From a virus (Duplodnaviria; Caudoviricetes), in the IMG/VR virus record IMGVR_UViG_3300032327_000172, positions 1-37,661 of that record: 37,661 bases of DNA; one strand, given 5' to 3'. Below, one piece after another: positions 8,791 through 17,968 of the stretch. Position 1 is the first letter of the stretch, and every line of letters starts with the position of its first letter. The translations under genes were made by a program, and so were the position numbers. The notes under the pieces were generated by a model. The model made no database searches and was not told where the DNA came from. It worked only from the letters and a program-made list of their open reading frames with translations.

Positions 8791-9869
8791 TGAAACGGTA
8801 CCCTTGGTATAACCATGATGTCCGGAAGACTTTCATCTTCTTTATGTTTATGTCCTGATGTAACATGAACCATTTTACCATGCGACTTCATATCAGGTGA
8901 TCCTAATGCTTTATCATAGTCAACTTTGCCTCTAAAGCAACCGATACTATATGGATATTCATTGTTCAAATGATAGTGATAGATATTTTTGATTTTACCG
9001 TCCCACAGTACTTTATGAGTATGTCCGTGACATTCATCCAGTTGTTCATTGGTGACCATTTTGCTGTCATCACCTCTAGGTCCATAGATGCCAAATCCAT
9101 CGAATGCATATCCAAACAACGGTGAGTGCCCTTCTGTTCCTTGATTAGGGAAACATTTCCATGAATAACCATGTAAGTGATATTGTTGGGCATAAGGATG
9201 CCCCCAGCATTGGTCGATAGGTAACAATGAAGTTGGATTATACCATGCTGTACCGCTAGCGTTTGCTAATTCAAAATGCCATACTGTACCGGTTAGTGTT
9301 ACACCCATTGGCAATGAAGCGATTGGATTTGGAGTAGCAGTTGCTTTAGGGTATTTTGGTAGTTGAACAACTAACCTATAAGGACTGATACCAATAGCCG
9401 CAGCACTTGAATAGTCTGAGCCAGGAATGCCTGTTCTAAAATCATGTCCACCGGGTGCAACACTATAATACTTGTATGCTTCTGTTCCCTGTTGCACAGG
9501 ATACTCTCCCATCGGTGTCGATGGTAATCCGTTACCGTTAAAATAACGATATTTCTTATCAGTGGTTACAGCGAATACACTACCTTCTTTTGCATAGTCT
9601 TTGGCATATTTAGTACCACTGACATACGGCATCTTTGAAATAACAATCGTGTTATTTGAAGAATCTACCCAATCTTGTGTACTTATGTCAAGTTTAGTGT
9701 TTCCTGGAATCACAAGAAGTAAATCTGGTGCTAAGAATAATCCACCGCGTTGAGCCTTATAAGGACTTATAGTTCCTGAGTTTGATAATGTTGTTGGTGC
9801 ATCTTCTGCCATAGCATTACCTACTAATGCAATACTGACCAATAATCCTACTAATGTGTTTTTAATCAT
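8787..9869 (-). CDS. secreted YHYH-domain protein
   Basis: Signal peptide; DQCWGHP...YHLH, GYAFDGFGIYGP, LDECHGH and YHYH...YPYSIGCFRG motifs; AGGAGA SD. Confidence 0.8.
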   Translation of the reverse strand: MIKNTLVGLLVSIALVGNAMAEDAPTTLSNSGTISPYKAQRGGLFLAPDLLLVIPGNTKLDISTQDWVDSSNNTIVISKMPYVSGTKYAKDYAKEGSVFAVTTDKKYRYFNGNGLPSTPMGEYPVQQGTEAYKYYSVAPGGHDFRTGIPGSDYSSAAAIGISPYRLVVQLPKYPKATATPNPIASLPMGVTLTGTVWHFELANASGTAWYNPTSLLPIDQCWGHPYAQQYHLHGYSWKCFPNQGTEGHSPLFGYAFDGFGIYGPRGDDSKMVTNEQLDECHGHTHKVLWDGKIKNIYHYHLNNEYPYSIGCFRGKVDYDKALGSPDMKSHGKMVHVTSGHKHKEDESLPDIMVIPRVPFQ

Positions 9870-9880
9870 TTGTTTCTCCT

Positions 9881-10807
9881 TTACGATGTTAATTCCACTA
9901 ATGTCGCTGCTAGACTAATCTCAGGTATCCCGACTAACGGCAATTGTGCAAGCCCATTGCGAATGAATATGATACTTGCATCACGCTTTTCTTGCTGTGT
10001 TCCCCACAAGTCTAAGTTATCGTACATCCATTTATACGTATCTTCAATGCGAGTTGGATACAATGCGATATACTGCATTAATTGCTGACGACCTTCAATG
10101 ATCTTTCCAGCCTTAAATAATGTTGTTGCTTCTAGCAATAACTCATGTTCACTATTACCTTGTGATTGAGGGGGCAATAGTTTACCTGTGCTGCTATTGA
10201 CTTGTAGTTGATTCAAACATTTACGCAAGTCTGGGTATGCTACACGAACATAACTGTCCAATGTATCCAAATCAAACTCAATACCTTCAGTCAATAATAC
10301 AGTTGCTGCTCGTGCTGTATAATCTGTGCGATCGGGTTTAGCAATATGAAACTTGTGACAACGACTCTCACGCAATGCTGGGATAATTTTGTGTTCATAG
10401 TTACAAGTAAGAATGAAACGAACTGTATCAGCATATGCTTCCATATCGTTACGTAATGCTGCTTGAAACTCTGGACTAGTATAGTCAGCCTCGTCAAGCA
10501 AGATGACTTTGAATTTACCGAAGGGCATAGTCTGTGCGAATCCATTGATCTTGTCACGCACGATTGCGACACCGTTCTCACGACTAGCGTTGATTTCTAA
10601 TACATCATAATCTTCTACACCAAGTTCATGTATCAATACTTTCGCTAATGTAGTCTTACCAGTACCGGGGTCACCGCTCAACAATAGATGTGGGATAGAT
10701 TGATTCTGTATCCAACCTTCTACTTGTTGTTTTTGTCGCTCGTCTACGAATACATAATCTGTTACAGATTTTGGACGATACTTTTCTACCCAGAGTTGAT
10801 TCTTCAT
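9881..10807 (-). CDS. clamp loader AAA+ subunit (RFC small subunit / T4 gp44-like)
   Basis: LWVEKYRP, GDPGTGKTT, EINAS, LLDEAD, FILTCN and SRC motifs. Confidence 0.92.
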   Translation of the reverse strand: MKNQLWVEKYRPKSVTDYVFVDERQKQQVEGWIQNQSIPHLLLSGDPGTGKTTLAKVLIHELGVEDYDVLEINASRENGVAIVRDKINGFAQTMPFGKFKVILLDEADYTSPEFQAALRNDMEAYADTVRFILTCNYEHKIIPALRESRCHKFHIAKPDRTDYTARAATVLLTEGIEFDLDTLDSYVRVAYPDLRKCLNQLQVNSSTGKLLPPQSQGNSEHELLLEATTLFKAGKIIEGRQQLMQYIALYPTRIEDTYKWMYDNLDLWGTQQEKRDASIIFIRNGLAQLPLVGIPEISLAATLVELTS

Positions 10808-11112
10808 TTTCTAAGCATTTCAAAAGTTATGATGTGTGCGATACTTTGACCTAAGTCTTGGTCACTAGTGATGATATGTAGTGCAGTATTGCGTTCATCT
10901 GTTCTAGGGTCATACGTACTATATTCCATTACATATCCACCGTTTGCTGAATAGATTGTGAAGTTCATACCATTATGATCTAATCTACGACCTTTACTAG
11001 AAGTAACAATGTGTCGGTCCATGGGAATCAACCCATTATCACCATCACTTCGAACTTTATCCCAATCTTCTTTAACCCAGCTAATAACTTTTTTCTTAAA
11101 CCAATTTATCAT
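10804..11112 (-). CDS. hypothetical protein
   Basis: 102-aa ORF translationally coupled on both sides. Confidence 0.6.
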   Translation of the reverse strand: MINWFKKKVISWVKEDWDKVRSDGDNGLIPMDRHIVTSSKGRRLDHNGMNFTIYSANGGYVMEYSTYDPRTDERNTALHIITSDQDLGQSIAHIITFEMLRK

Positions 11113-11522
11113 TAATACACCTTGTCGCTAAATGTTTCGTCATATACTTGTTCGTCTGACGCTAATAGTATATCACTAGGATCAACTCTACGCAATGTTT
11201 TTTTACCCGATTCATCTTCAATATCAATTCCACGTGTCCAACGACCATGACTTACCATGACCCATAGTTCTTCATACAAATCAGGATCTTTATTCTCTGC
11301 GCCAATCTTGTATATCTTCCCCCAGCGAGGTCTGATACCTGCACTTTTCATATCGTCATTGGGTAGTAGTATACCACTGGTAGTGATGCGAACATCAAAA
11401 CTCATATCATAAACAATGATATGTGCGCCGATTGGTTTGAATTGACTTTTCTTAAACTTATGCGGTTCGAACGCTAGTTTCTTTTCGTCAGTAGTTTCAA
11501 AGTCTAGTGTAATTTCTTCCAT
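11112..11522 (-). CDS. GroES-like co-chaperonin
   Basis: FKPIGAHIIV...TTSGILLP...WGKIYKIG...DILL pattern of the Cpn10 family. Confidence 0.7.
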   Translation of the reverse strand: MEEITLDFETTDEKKLAFEPHKFKKSQFKPIGAHIIVYDMSFDVRITTSGILLPNDDMKSAGIRPRWGKIYKIGAENKDPDLYEELWVMVSHGRWTRGIDIEDESGKKTLRRVDPSDILLASDEQVYDETFSDKVY

Positions 11523-11523
11523 G

Positions 11524-11892
11524 TTATTTCTTAGTTTCCTTAGTTTTAACTTCTTGTGCTTTTATCTTTTCAACTTCAATGTCATCTTCTAAAAATTCAT
11601 CCAACTCACGCTCATGCTCTGTTAGTTCTGGAATCTCAATCGGTTCATCTGGTTGTATCTTTGGTTGATTTTTTGGTATGTTTTTTGCTGCTTGTGCAGA
11701 ACGATTGCCTACTGTTTTCCCGTATGCCTCATTAACTTTAGCAGTAACTGGTTTGATAATTCTTCCGTGTGCGTCAATAGTGTCTCCACGTGCATTTACA
11801 CCCATGTTACCAACTGCTCTAGTTTTTTCATTCTTAGCTAGAATTGCAGACATATCAACTGTTTTCCCCATTGCTGTTCTATGTATAGCCAT
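11524..11892 (-). CDS. hypothetical protein
   Basis: 122 aa, AAGGAG SD. Confidence 0.7.
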   Translation of the reverse strand: MAIHRTAMGKTVDMSAILAKNEKTRAVGNMGVNARGDTIDAHGRIIKPVTAKVNEAYGKTVGNRSAQAAKNIPKNQPKIQPDEPIEIPELTEHERELDEFLEDDIEVEKIKAQEVKTKETKK

Positions 11893-11902
11893 TTTGTTCT
11901 CC

Positions 11903-12412
11903 TTATTTCAAAAATTCATCTACCGACAGTTGGTAGTGCAAACTATTTATACGATGAATTCCTATCAAAAACAATACAAAGCTAGCTACACTACTACCAC
12001 GACCAACACCCCAGACTATATTGTTTCTACGCATCGTGTCAACAAGATATTTTAGATATTGTAATAATGGGAACATGTTCCTATCATGGAACTTTAATAG
12101 TTCATCACCTGCACGTTGTAGTTCTTCTTCGTTTTTACATTGATCCAATACCCACTTAGCTATATCCATCTCTTGATATCCTATGGGCATTTGCCATTGT
12201 GATTGATTCTTATTATCAAATTCTTCTATTGACAATTTATTGTCAACATATTCTACTAGAATGGGTAGATTTTCGTTAGACAGAAAAATATCGTCTAGTT
12301 TTATTTGTTTATCTACAAAACACCCCTTGATGGTGCGTAATGGGTCACGCAGATATAAATCACAGAGATCATTTTCTGTGAGAATAATTTGCCCATACAT
12401 ATCTGTTTTCAT
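11903..12412 (-). CDS. stand-alone fragment of DNA polymerase III alpha (DnaE palm N-part)
   Basis: YLKYLVDTMRRNNIVWGVGRGSSVASFVLFLIGIHRINSL matches the DnaE GxGRGSxxxSxVxYxLGITxIDP motif; only 169 aa. Confidence 0.8.
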   Translation of the reverse strand: MKTDMYGQIILTENDLCDLYLRDPLRTIKGCFVDKQIKLDDIFLSNENLPILVEYVDNKLSIEEFDNKNQSQWQMPIGYQEMDIAKWVLDQCKNEEELQRAGDELLKFHDRNMFPLLQYLKYLVDTMRRNNIVWGVGRGSSVASFVLFLIGIHRINSLHYQLSVDEFLK

Positions 12413-12418
12413 CTATGC

Positions 12419-12447
12419 ATGATAGCATAGAGTTTTGTGTAAATCAA
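12419..12447 (-). promoter_or_regulatory. sigma70-type promoter, leaderless
   Basis: TTGATT-17nt-TATCAT-6nt-ATG(12412). Confidence 0.6.
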
Positions 12448-12450
12448 CAG

Positions 12451-13050
12451 TTATGGTTGTTTATCTTGAAAAATAATTTCAGTAGTTTTGTATTCTTTTT
12501 GTTCCCAATCTAAACCAACACTTGCCCAATCACAATGTTGTTTGATTAGTTTAACTATTTTATCTTTTTTATTAGTTTTAGTTACGTCGGACATAGTTGT
12601 AGTGCATTCTGTCCACCAGGCTTTATTACCAAATGGGTGATTGCTAGCAGTTTCCATATCATATATAAACTTAACATCATCACTTAGTCCAGAACGTAGT
12701 GAGATATTATTTACATGAAGTTTACCTTCAGTAATAGCGTTGAGTTTAAGTAATAGTAGAACGGTTATGATTTGGTCGTATGGTTCTTCTGGAAGTGTGC
12801 ATACTTTGATATCGGCTTGAAGATATTTCTCTATAGCTTTCTTGTCATTGTATTCTACAAATACACAGTTACTTAAACATTCACTTAAGAAAAAAGTTAT
12901 TCTATCCATAGCTATATTTTGTTCTTTGATAGATGCTGTATCAACTTCCATACCTAATGTAAGTTCGTATAACGTCATTAAGAAGTTGCCTTCAAAATGA
13001 ACCGCTGCTTGAAATGCAAATTCACGTTCTATTTTTGTTGCCAATTTCAT
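12451..13050 (-). CDS. hypothetical protein
   Basis: 199 aa; GAGG SD inside the upstream gene. Confidence 0.7.
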   Translation of the reverse strand: MKLATKIEREFAFQAAVHFEGNFLMTLYELTLGMEVDTASIKEQNIAMDRITFFLSECLSNCVFVEYNDKKAIEKYLQADIKVCTLPEEPYDQIITVLLLLKLNAITEGKLHVNNISLRSGLSDDVKFIYDMETASNHPFGNKAWWTECTTTMSDVTKTNKKDKIVKLIKQHCDWASVGLDWEQKEYKTTEIIFQDKQP

Positions 13051-13285
13051 CCTCTTTTTGTATTGATACTTGACTCTTGAGGTTTTGTTTTTCCATAACC
13101 TTATCGAGTTTCTCGCCAGCTTCTCTGCGATAGCTTTCGATTACCATAGTAAGTTGATTGATTAATGGACGATTTCCCATTCTATAGGCAAAGTTTAATT
13201 TATTCATCAAGCCGGTTATATCGGTCTGAATTTCTTCAAGTGTCTTTTCGGACAATTGTTTTCTGTCTAAGAATGGATGTTCCAT
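13022..13285 (-). CDS. hypothetical protein
   Basis: 87 aa, preceded by CTAAATA-5nt-ATG. Confidence 0.65.
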   Translation of the reverse strand: MEHPFLDRKQLSEKTLEEIQTDITGLMNKLNFAYRMGNRPLINQLTMVIESYRREAGEKLDKVMEKQNLKSQVSIQKEDEIGNKNRT

Positions 13286-13290
13286 TCAAA

Positions 13291-13297
13291 TATTTAG
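13291..13297 (-). promoter_or_regulatory. late promoter CTAAATA (leaderless)
   Basis: CTAAATA-tttga-ATG(13285); adjacent 7-bp hairpin at 13297-13313. Confidence 0.5.
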
Positions 13298-13323
13298 TTA
13301 GATTTTATCTAACCATTATATTT

Positions 13324-14493
13324 TTAGTAACTATACCACTTAGTAGTAGTTGCAGCAATATAAAAAGCACTAGCGTTTGCACCTTGCGAATAAGCTGCAT
13401 TTGCTGCTAATGAATTAATTACTACATTAGCTGTTGGGTATACTAACAATGCATTAGCTGACGCATTTTTAATATAGATTCTCATGCCGGGCACTGATGT
13501 TGGTAATATGACGCCTGCTCCAGTAACAACCGTAGATACAATATTATTGTCTTTAGTAATTGCTGTGGCATTAGCTTGTACGGTGCCTGCTGCTGATATT
13601 CCTGTACCAACTGATCCAATTATATATGATGTAGTTATTGTATTAGCAGCAGTTATATTTCCAGTCACTGTTGAATTATTACCAATAGTTAAATTACCTA
13701 CAATAGAAGTGTTAGTGGGTAAATCTACTGTCATTGTGCCAGTAGATGTTATAGGGCTGTTTGTAACATCTAATGAAGTACTGGATATCCCTACACTAGT
13801 AACGCCTGTTGATGCTGCTGAAGTAGAAACTGTGATGTTTCCGTTACTACTACTTAATGATATTCCAGTCCCGGCGTTTAATCTTGTAACACCGGTATTA
13901 ATAATTGTGATATTTCCTGTGGTAGTTACAGGACTACCAGATATCTGTATACCTGCTCCAGTCGTTGTCACCCCTACACTAGAAACTGTGCCCACTGATG
14001 CTGCATTTGCTATACTAGTAATACGACCATATGAATCAACTGTTACTGTAGGATACGTATAAGTACCAGGATTAACTCCCGAAGTTGCTAAATCTAGTGT
14101 GATGATACCACTAGTAATAATAGGGCCACCTGTTGATGTAATTCTAGCACCACTGGCTGCACCCACTACATCAATGTTTGATACGCCACCGCCACCATTA
14201 CCGCCGCCTGGTGCGGTAATTGTTACATTTCCATTAGATTGTGTTAACACAATACTACTATCACCGGCTACTAAATTAGTAACACCAGTGTTAGTGATAG
14301 TCAAATATGTATTACTATTGCTATAAGATACAGCTACCCCATTGCCAGCTACGAAATTAGTAGTTGGACTAGCGCAAGAAAATAGTGTAGTGAAATTGTT
14401 CTGAGATTTATTAAAGGCTGTGTACAATGAATCACTGCCAGCGGCTTGATTCTGTAAACCTATATTGATGTTTTCTATGCCTGAAATTGCCAT
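13324..14493 (-). CDS. tail fibre / baseplate-associated structural protein
   Basis: N-terminal INIG....GSDSLYTAFNKSQNNF block typical of phage fibre/baseplate proteins; G/T/S/N-rich repeats (TNTGVT.L.AG, VTVDSYGRIT). Confidence 0.7.
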   Translation of the reverse strand: MAISGIENINIGLQNQAAGSDSLYTAFNKSQNNFTTLFSCASPTTNFVAGNGVAVSYSNSNTYLTITNTGVTNLVAGDSSIVLTQSNGNVTITAPGGGNGGGGVSNIDVVGAASGARITSTGGPIITSGIITLDLATSGVNPGTYTYPTVTVDSYGRITSIANAASVGTVSSVGVTTTGAGIQISGSPVTTTGNITIINTGVTRLNAGTGISLSSSNGNITVSTSAASTGVTSVGISSTSLDVTNSPITSTGTMTVDLPTNTSIVGNLTIGNNSTVTGNITAANTITTSYIIGSVGTGISAAGTVQANATAITKDNNIVSTVVTGAGVILPTSVPGMRIYIKNASANALLVYPTANVVINSLAANAAYSQGANASAFYIAATTTKWYSY

Positions 14494-14495
14494 GG

Positions 14496-14530
14496 TTAAT
14501 CCTTATTATGTATTTATCAATAAGGACTAA
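14496..14530 (-). promoter_or_regulatory. late promoter ATAAATA in the loop of an SD-sequestering hairpin
   Basis: Minus strand TTAGTCCTTATT-GATAAATACAT-AATAAGGATTAA-CC-ATG; 12-bp stem (one G-U) covers the AAGGA SD. Confidence 0.75.
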
Positions 14531-14531
14531 A

Positions 14532-14882
14532 TCAATAATGCTCCATCATGTCATAATCTGGCTGAAAACTGCTGCCACAACCGCAAGTTGTCTGTGCATT
14601 TGGGTTATTAATCACGAATTGACTACCAGACAAGTCATCTTTATAGTCAACTTCTGCTCCTGCGATATACTGCATACTCATGCTATCAACTAAAATACTA
14701 GCGGAACCAGCTGGAATAACCCAATCATCTTCGTTTTGCACTTCGTCTAAGGTGAATCCATAACTCATTCCTGAGCATCCCCCACCTTGCACATACATGC
14801 GTAATTTTAGTTCAGGATTACCTTCTTCCTGTATTACTTCTATTATCTTTGCTGTTGCATTTTCTGTAATTGTTAAATTCAT
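14532..14882 (-). CDS. erpA: iron-sulfur cluster insertion protein, A-type carrier (ErpA/IscA)
   Basis: Start revised to MNLTITENA; GGGCSG and TCGCGSSF cysteine motifs. Confidence 0.9.
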   Translation of the reverse strand: MNLTITENATAKIIEVIQEEGNPELKLRMYVQGGGCSGMSYGFTLDEVQNEDDWVIPAGSASILVDSMSMQYIAGAEVDYKDDLSGSQFVINNPNAQTTCGCGSSFQPDYDMMEHY

Positions 14883-14883
14883 T

Positions 14884-16389
14884 TTATGATGTTCCTTCGC
14901 TGAACCACGGATCGATGATGACTGGTTGGCCGCCACTTCGTTGCATGACATTTGCAGTATGCAAATCCCATCCAAATTTATTGATATTACCTGTACTATA
15001 TAATAACTGCATCACAGTATATAGCTGTTTGTACATACTGTAAGTTTTTTTACTTGCAGGATTTTCTAGTATACTTTGCCATGTTCTAGCAAAGGTACCA
15101 GAATAATTTGGACTAAAAAAATACCACGGGTGTCCATTTGTTAATTCATTTTCCACAGTTGACCATGGTTTATTTCCATTAACATAATCACTTAATAACC
15201 AAATCATACCTTGTAAGAAACCACCTTTTTCTATTGGAGATAATCTTTCCATCTCAATCTGGGTATAGTCTTTTCCATTGATATCAATAGTGTTCACTTC
15301 ATTGAATCTAGGAACACATGGTAAATCTTGATGGCTCATTGAAAACTCATAGAACTTACGAAATACTTGTTCAGCTTTGCTACCTGCATCTTCCGGCATC
15401 AATATCTTGATCACATGGCTATCATCTTTGGCAAAGACAGTAGCATCAGCACCGCTTCCAACATGATGATATCCGGCTGCTTTAAGTTGTCTCCAAATCT
15501 CATTACTATTCTTAGTAGCTACTTCTGCTTCATCTATACTAGGATCCCATTGCATGTTTTTGGCACCTTTTACCGTGGGCTTAAAACCTTGACCTTTGTA
15601 AAACTTTGTTAGTTTACTTTGACTTACTTGACCTTTGTCCCAAGGGAATAGTGTTAGTGCAATATCATCTTCGCGTGCCATTGCTTGTAGTTCTTTCATT
15701 GCTTTAGAACCTACACCTTGTCGCAATGGATATGCTTGGAACCATTTGACTTCAACTGCACCGCGCTTACTAAAGCTAGGTATTAGTTCAAACATAGCAA
15801 ACTGTTGTTCATCACCTTTACCCCAAACCATAACGTGATTGTTCTGCATAGTATATGGATACTTAGTATAGACCTTTTCAATAAATGCTTTAGCAGCATC
15901 ATTATTGTTTAGTGTGAGCTTGACCGGGCCGTCATCTTCAGACAAATTATCTTTGACAATCTTAAAGTAGTCATCATACTCGCCCGAATCAACAGGTGCC
16001 GCGTGGTAACCAGGTACTTTGATTCTATTCAACATACGCTGGTATAATTTAGTTCTATTGTCATCTGCTTTGTGTGAAGTGAATGTAAGTTGATCAGGAT
16101 GATAGCTAGAAATCAAATCTTTGATTGACTCAATGACAAATGAGAATACTTGTAACTCATTACCAGAACCAGTTTTTCTAAAAGTTGTACCAGTTCCGTC
16201 TTTTTCATATTCGGTAAAGTCTATTTCCCATACTGATTTGCCTTCATCATCGTCATACTGTGAAGCATTGAAAACGATAACACGACCACCTATCGTAGCT
16301 TTAGTGGTGTATAAATCTGAAGTCGCTCTAACTACCTCACTAGAGACATTGCTAGTAAATACTTCGGTGATGAATTCTGTTGCTCTCAT
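14884..16389 (-). CDS. multidomain protein: unknown domain + GNAT acetyltransferase + protein-kinase-like domain
   Basis: GNAT motifs RQGVGS and KFYKGQGF; kinase motifs [28 protein letters not shown]; N-terminus MRATEFITE. Confidence 0.75.
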   Translation of the reverse strand: MRATEFITEVFTSNVSSEVVRATSDLYTTKATIGGRVIVFNASQYDDDEGKSVWEIDFTEYEKDGTGTTFRKTGSGNELQVFSFVIESIKDLISSYHPDQLTFTSHKADDNRTKLYQRMLNRIKVPGYHAAPVDSGEYDDYFKIVKDNLSEDDGPVKLTLNNNDAAKAFIEKVYTKYPYTMQNNHVMVWGKGDEQQFAMFELIPSFSKRGAVEVKWFQAYPLRQGVGSKAMKELQAMAREDDIALTLFPWDKGQVSQSKLTKFYKGQGFKPTVKGAKNMQWDPSIDEAEVATKNSNEIWRQLKAAGYHHVGSGADATVFAKDDSHVIKILMPEDAGSKAEQVFRKFYEFSMSHQDLPCVPRFNEVNTIDINGKDYTQIEMERLSPIEKGGFLQGMIWLLSDYVNGNKPWSTVENELTNGHPWYFFSPNYSGTFARTWQSILENPASKKTYSMYKQLYTVMQLLYSTGNINKFGWDLHTANVMQRSGGQPVIIDPWFSEGTS

Positions 16390-16940
16390 AAACTCTTACC
16401 CCACCTAGTATTAATCACGTTCCAGTTTATGATTTTCCATTGTTCTTTTAGATATTTTTTCTTGTCACTGCCGTAATCTAATATCCAAGCATGTTCCCAT
16501 CTATCAACTAATAACAATATATCATCGCGTACTTGGTGATTTGGTATCGTTTTTATCTTGCCATCGGTCGCTAAGTATACCCAACCCGATCCTTGTAACT
16601 TCATAAATTCAGTCTCAAACTCAGACTTCATGTTATCATAATCACCATAGTGCTTATTGATGAATCCATACATAGGGCCGTTGGGCTTGTTGATGTTTCT
16701 TACTTCACGGAATTGTGGAAATAGTGTGTTATGCAGGAACGCACCTGCATAATTGAAATCTCTATCACCTTCTTTGTTATTGTAGCGTTCAGCATATCCA
16801 TGGGCTAGTTCCCCATAGTGCAAATCCAACGTATCTTTGGACAGTACAGGACTAACTTCATTTGGAGTGAAGTTAAGAGGTATGATTTCTATGTCTTGAG
16901 GCTTACTCTTTTCCTCAAGCAATGTAATAATGTCACGCAT
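16386..16940 (-). CDS. sod: Fe/Mn superoxide dismutase
   Basis: Metal-ligand motifs LHYG, FLHNTLF, DRWEHAW and QGSGWVYL. Confidence 0.88.
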   Translation of the reverse strand: MRDIITLLEEKSKPQDIEIIPLNFTPNEVSPVLSKDTLDLHYGELAHGYAERYNNKEGDRDFNYAGAFLHNTLFPQFREVRNINKPNGPMYGFINKHYGDYDNMKSEFETEFMKLQGSGWVYLATDGKIKTIPNHQVRDDILLLVDRWEHAWILDYGSDKKKYLKEQWKIINWNVINTRWGKSL

Positions 16941-16946
16941 AACATG

Positions 16947-16953
16947 TATTTAT
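16947..16953 (-). promoter_or_regulatory. late promoter ATAAATA (leaderless)
   Basis: ATAAATA-catgtt-ATG(16940), no SD. Confidence 0.6.
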
Positions 16954-16969
16954 GCTATACGGGATTGTA

Positions 16970-17734
16970 TTACTGTTTCTGCATCTCAATGTGCCCTGTC
17001 TGTACGAAAGGCATCACAGTTGTTTGTTCTTTTGTAGTCTCGCCTGGGCGTAGTATATCCCAGACTAAATCTTTGTCTTTGGGGTAGTTGATATCCCAAC
17101 TTACTGTGCTATTCTTTAAGTATTTTCTAGCTGTTTTGTTGATTGGATAGATATATCTAAACTGTTTGCCCCAGACACGGCTCAAGTTCAGTTGTTTTCT
17201 TGCAGTAAAATCAGGTCGTGAACCATATGATTGACCTTCTTTTTTCTCCCCTAGACCCTGCATAGTTCTTGGGTGAATCTTCTCATTCTTGTCAGTAACA
17301 TATACCTCAGTCCAGATATATCCACCATACAAAAAGTTAGCACTTTGATAAACATATCCTGGTTTACCAACAATGCCATCTGCCCATGTGAAAAGATATT
17401 TCTTTTCTGGGGTATTTTTCTTCATCCAGTTGATTGTGAGACTGAGTAATTGACTTTCACTATTGCGTGGCATCTCCTCACTCATACACATTTTGCCTAT
17501 CTCATAGTAATCATCGCTAGTATATCCAGCAAATAACTTTTGAATAGTGTGTAAGGGTCTGGTTCCCCAACCTAATGTGATTACACCGACTAGTTTGTCA
17601 TTCTCAAAAACACTATCAGGATCGTTGATAAAACAACCAAGAAAGTGTTTTGTTAGTTTTGGCATTACTTTGCTGTAATGCGTTTCCCTGACAAATCTTG
17701 TAGCACGGTCTTTACTGATGACCTCTAGATGCAT
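16970..17734 (-). CDS. Mom-family DNA adenine modification protein (GNAT fold)
   Basis: THYS, PRNSESQLLS and TWADG.VG.PGYVYQSANFLYGG resemble phage Mu Mom conserved blocks. Confidence 0.7.
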   Translation of the reverse strand: MHLEVISKDRATRFVRETHYSKVMPKLTKHFLGCFINDPDSVFENDKLVGVITLGWGTRPLHTIQKLFAGYTSDDYYEIGKMCMSEEMPRNSESQLLSLTINWMKKNTPEKKYLFTWADGIVGKPGYVYQSANFLYGGYIWTEVYVTDKNEKIHPRTMQGLGEKKEGQSYGSRPDFTARKQLNLSRVWGKQFRYIYPINKTARKYLKNSTVSWDINYPKDKDLVWDILRPGETTKEQTTVMPFVQTGHIEMQKQ

Positions 17735-17949
17735 TATCTACGCCGTGTGATACGGCCTTTTGACAAATCGTAAGGGCTGAATTCTACTTCAACAGTATCA
17801 CCCAATAATATTTTAATGTCGTTCTTACGCATACGACCACTGATGTAACCAGTAATTACATTACTAGGATTCATCTGTACTTTGAACATGGCATTGGGTA
17901 GTACATCGACTACTTTGCCGTCCATCTTGATTCCCTCTTCTTTTGCCAT
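17734..17949 (-). CDS. infA: translation initiation factor IF-1
   Basis: [19 protein letters not shown]...[26 protein letters not shown], 71 aa. Confidence 0.96.
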   Translation of the reverse strand: MAKEEGIKMDGKVVDVLPNAMFKVQMNPSNVITGYISGRMRKNDIKILLGDTVEVEFSPYDLSKGRITRRR

Positions 17950-17968
17950 TTTAGTTTATTAAACTCCT

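Noticed and set aside
11903-12412. DnaE fragment as pseudogene or intein/intron-split gene
   Set aside because: It has its own promoter and a clean ORF, with no adjacent continuation, intein motif or intron-like spacer.
14883-14975. Longer N-terminal extensions given by the ORF track (erpA, also the 19625, 31927, 32981, 33856 and 34134 starts)
   Set aside because: They overlap upstream genes or promoters; downstream ATGs fit family starts and translational coupling.
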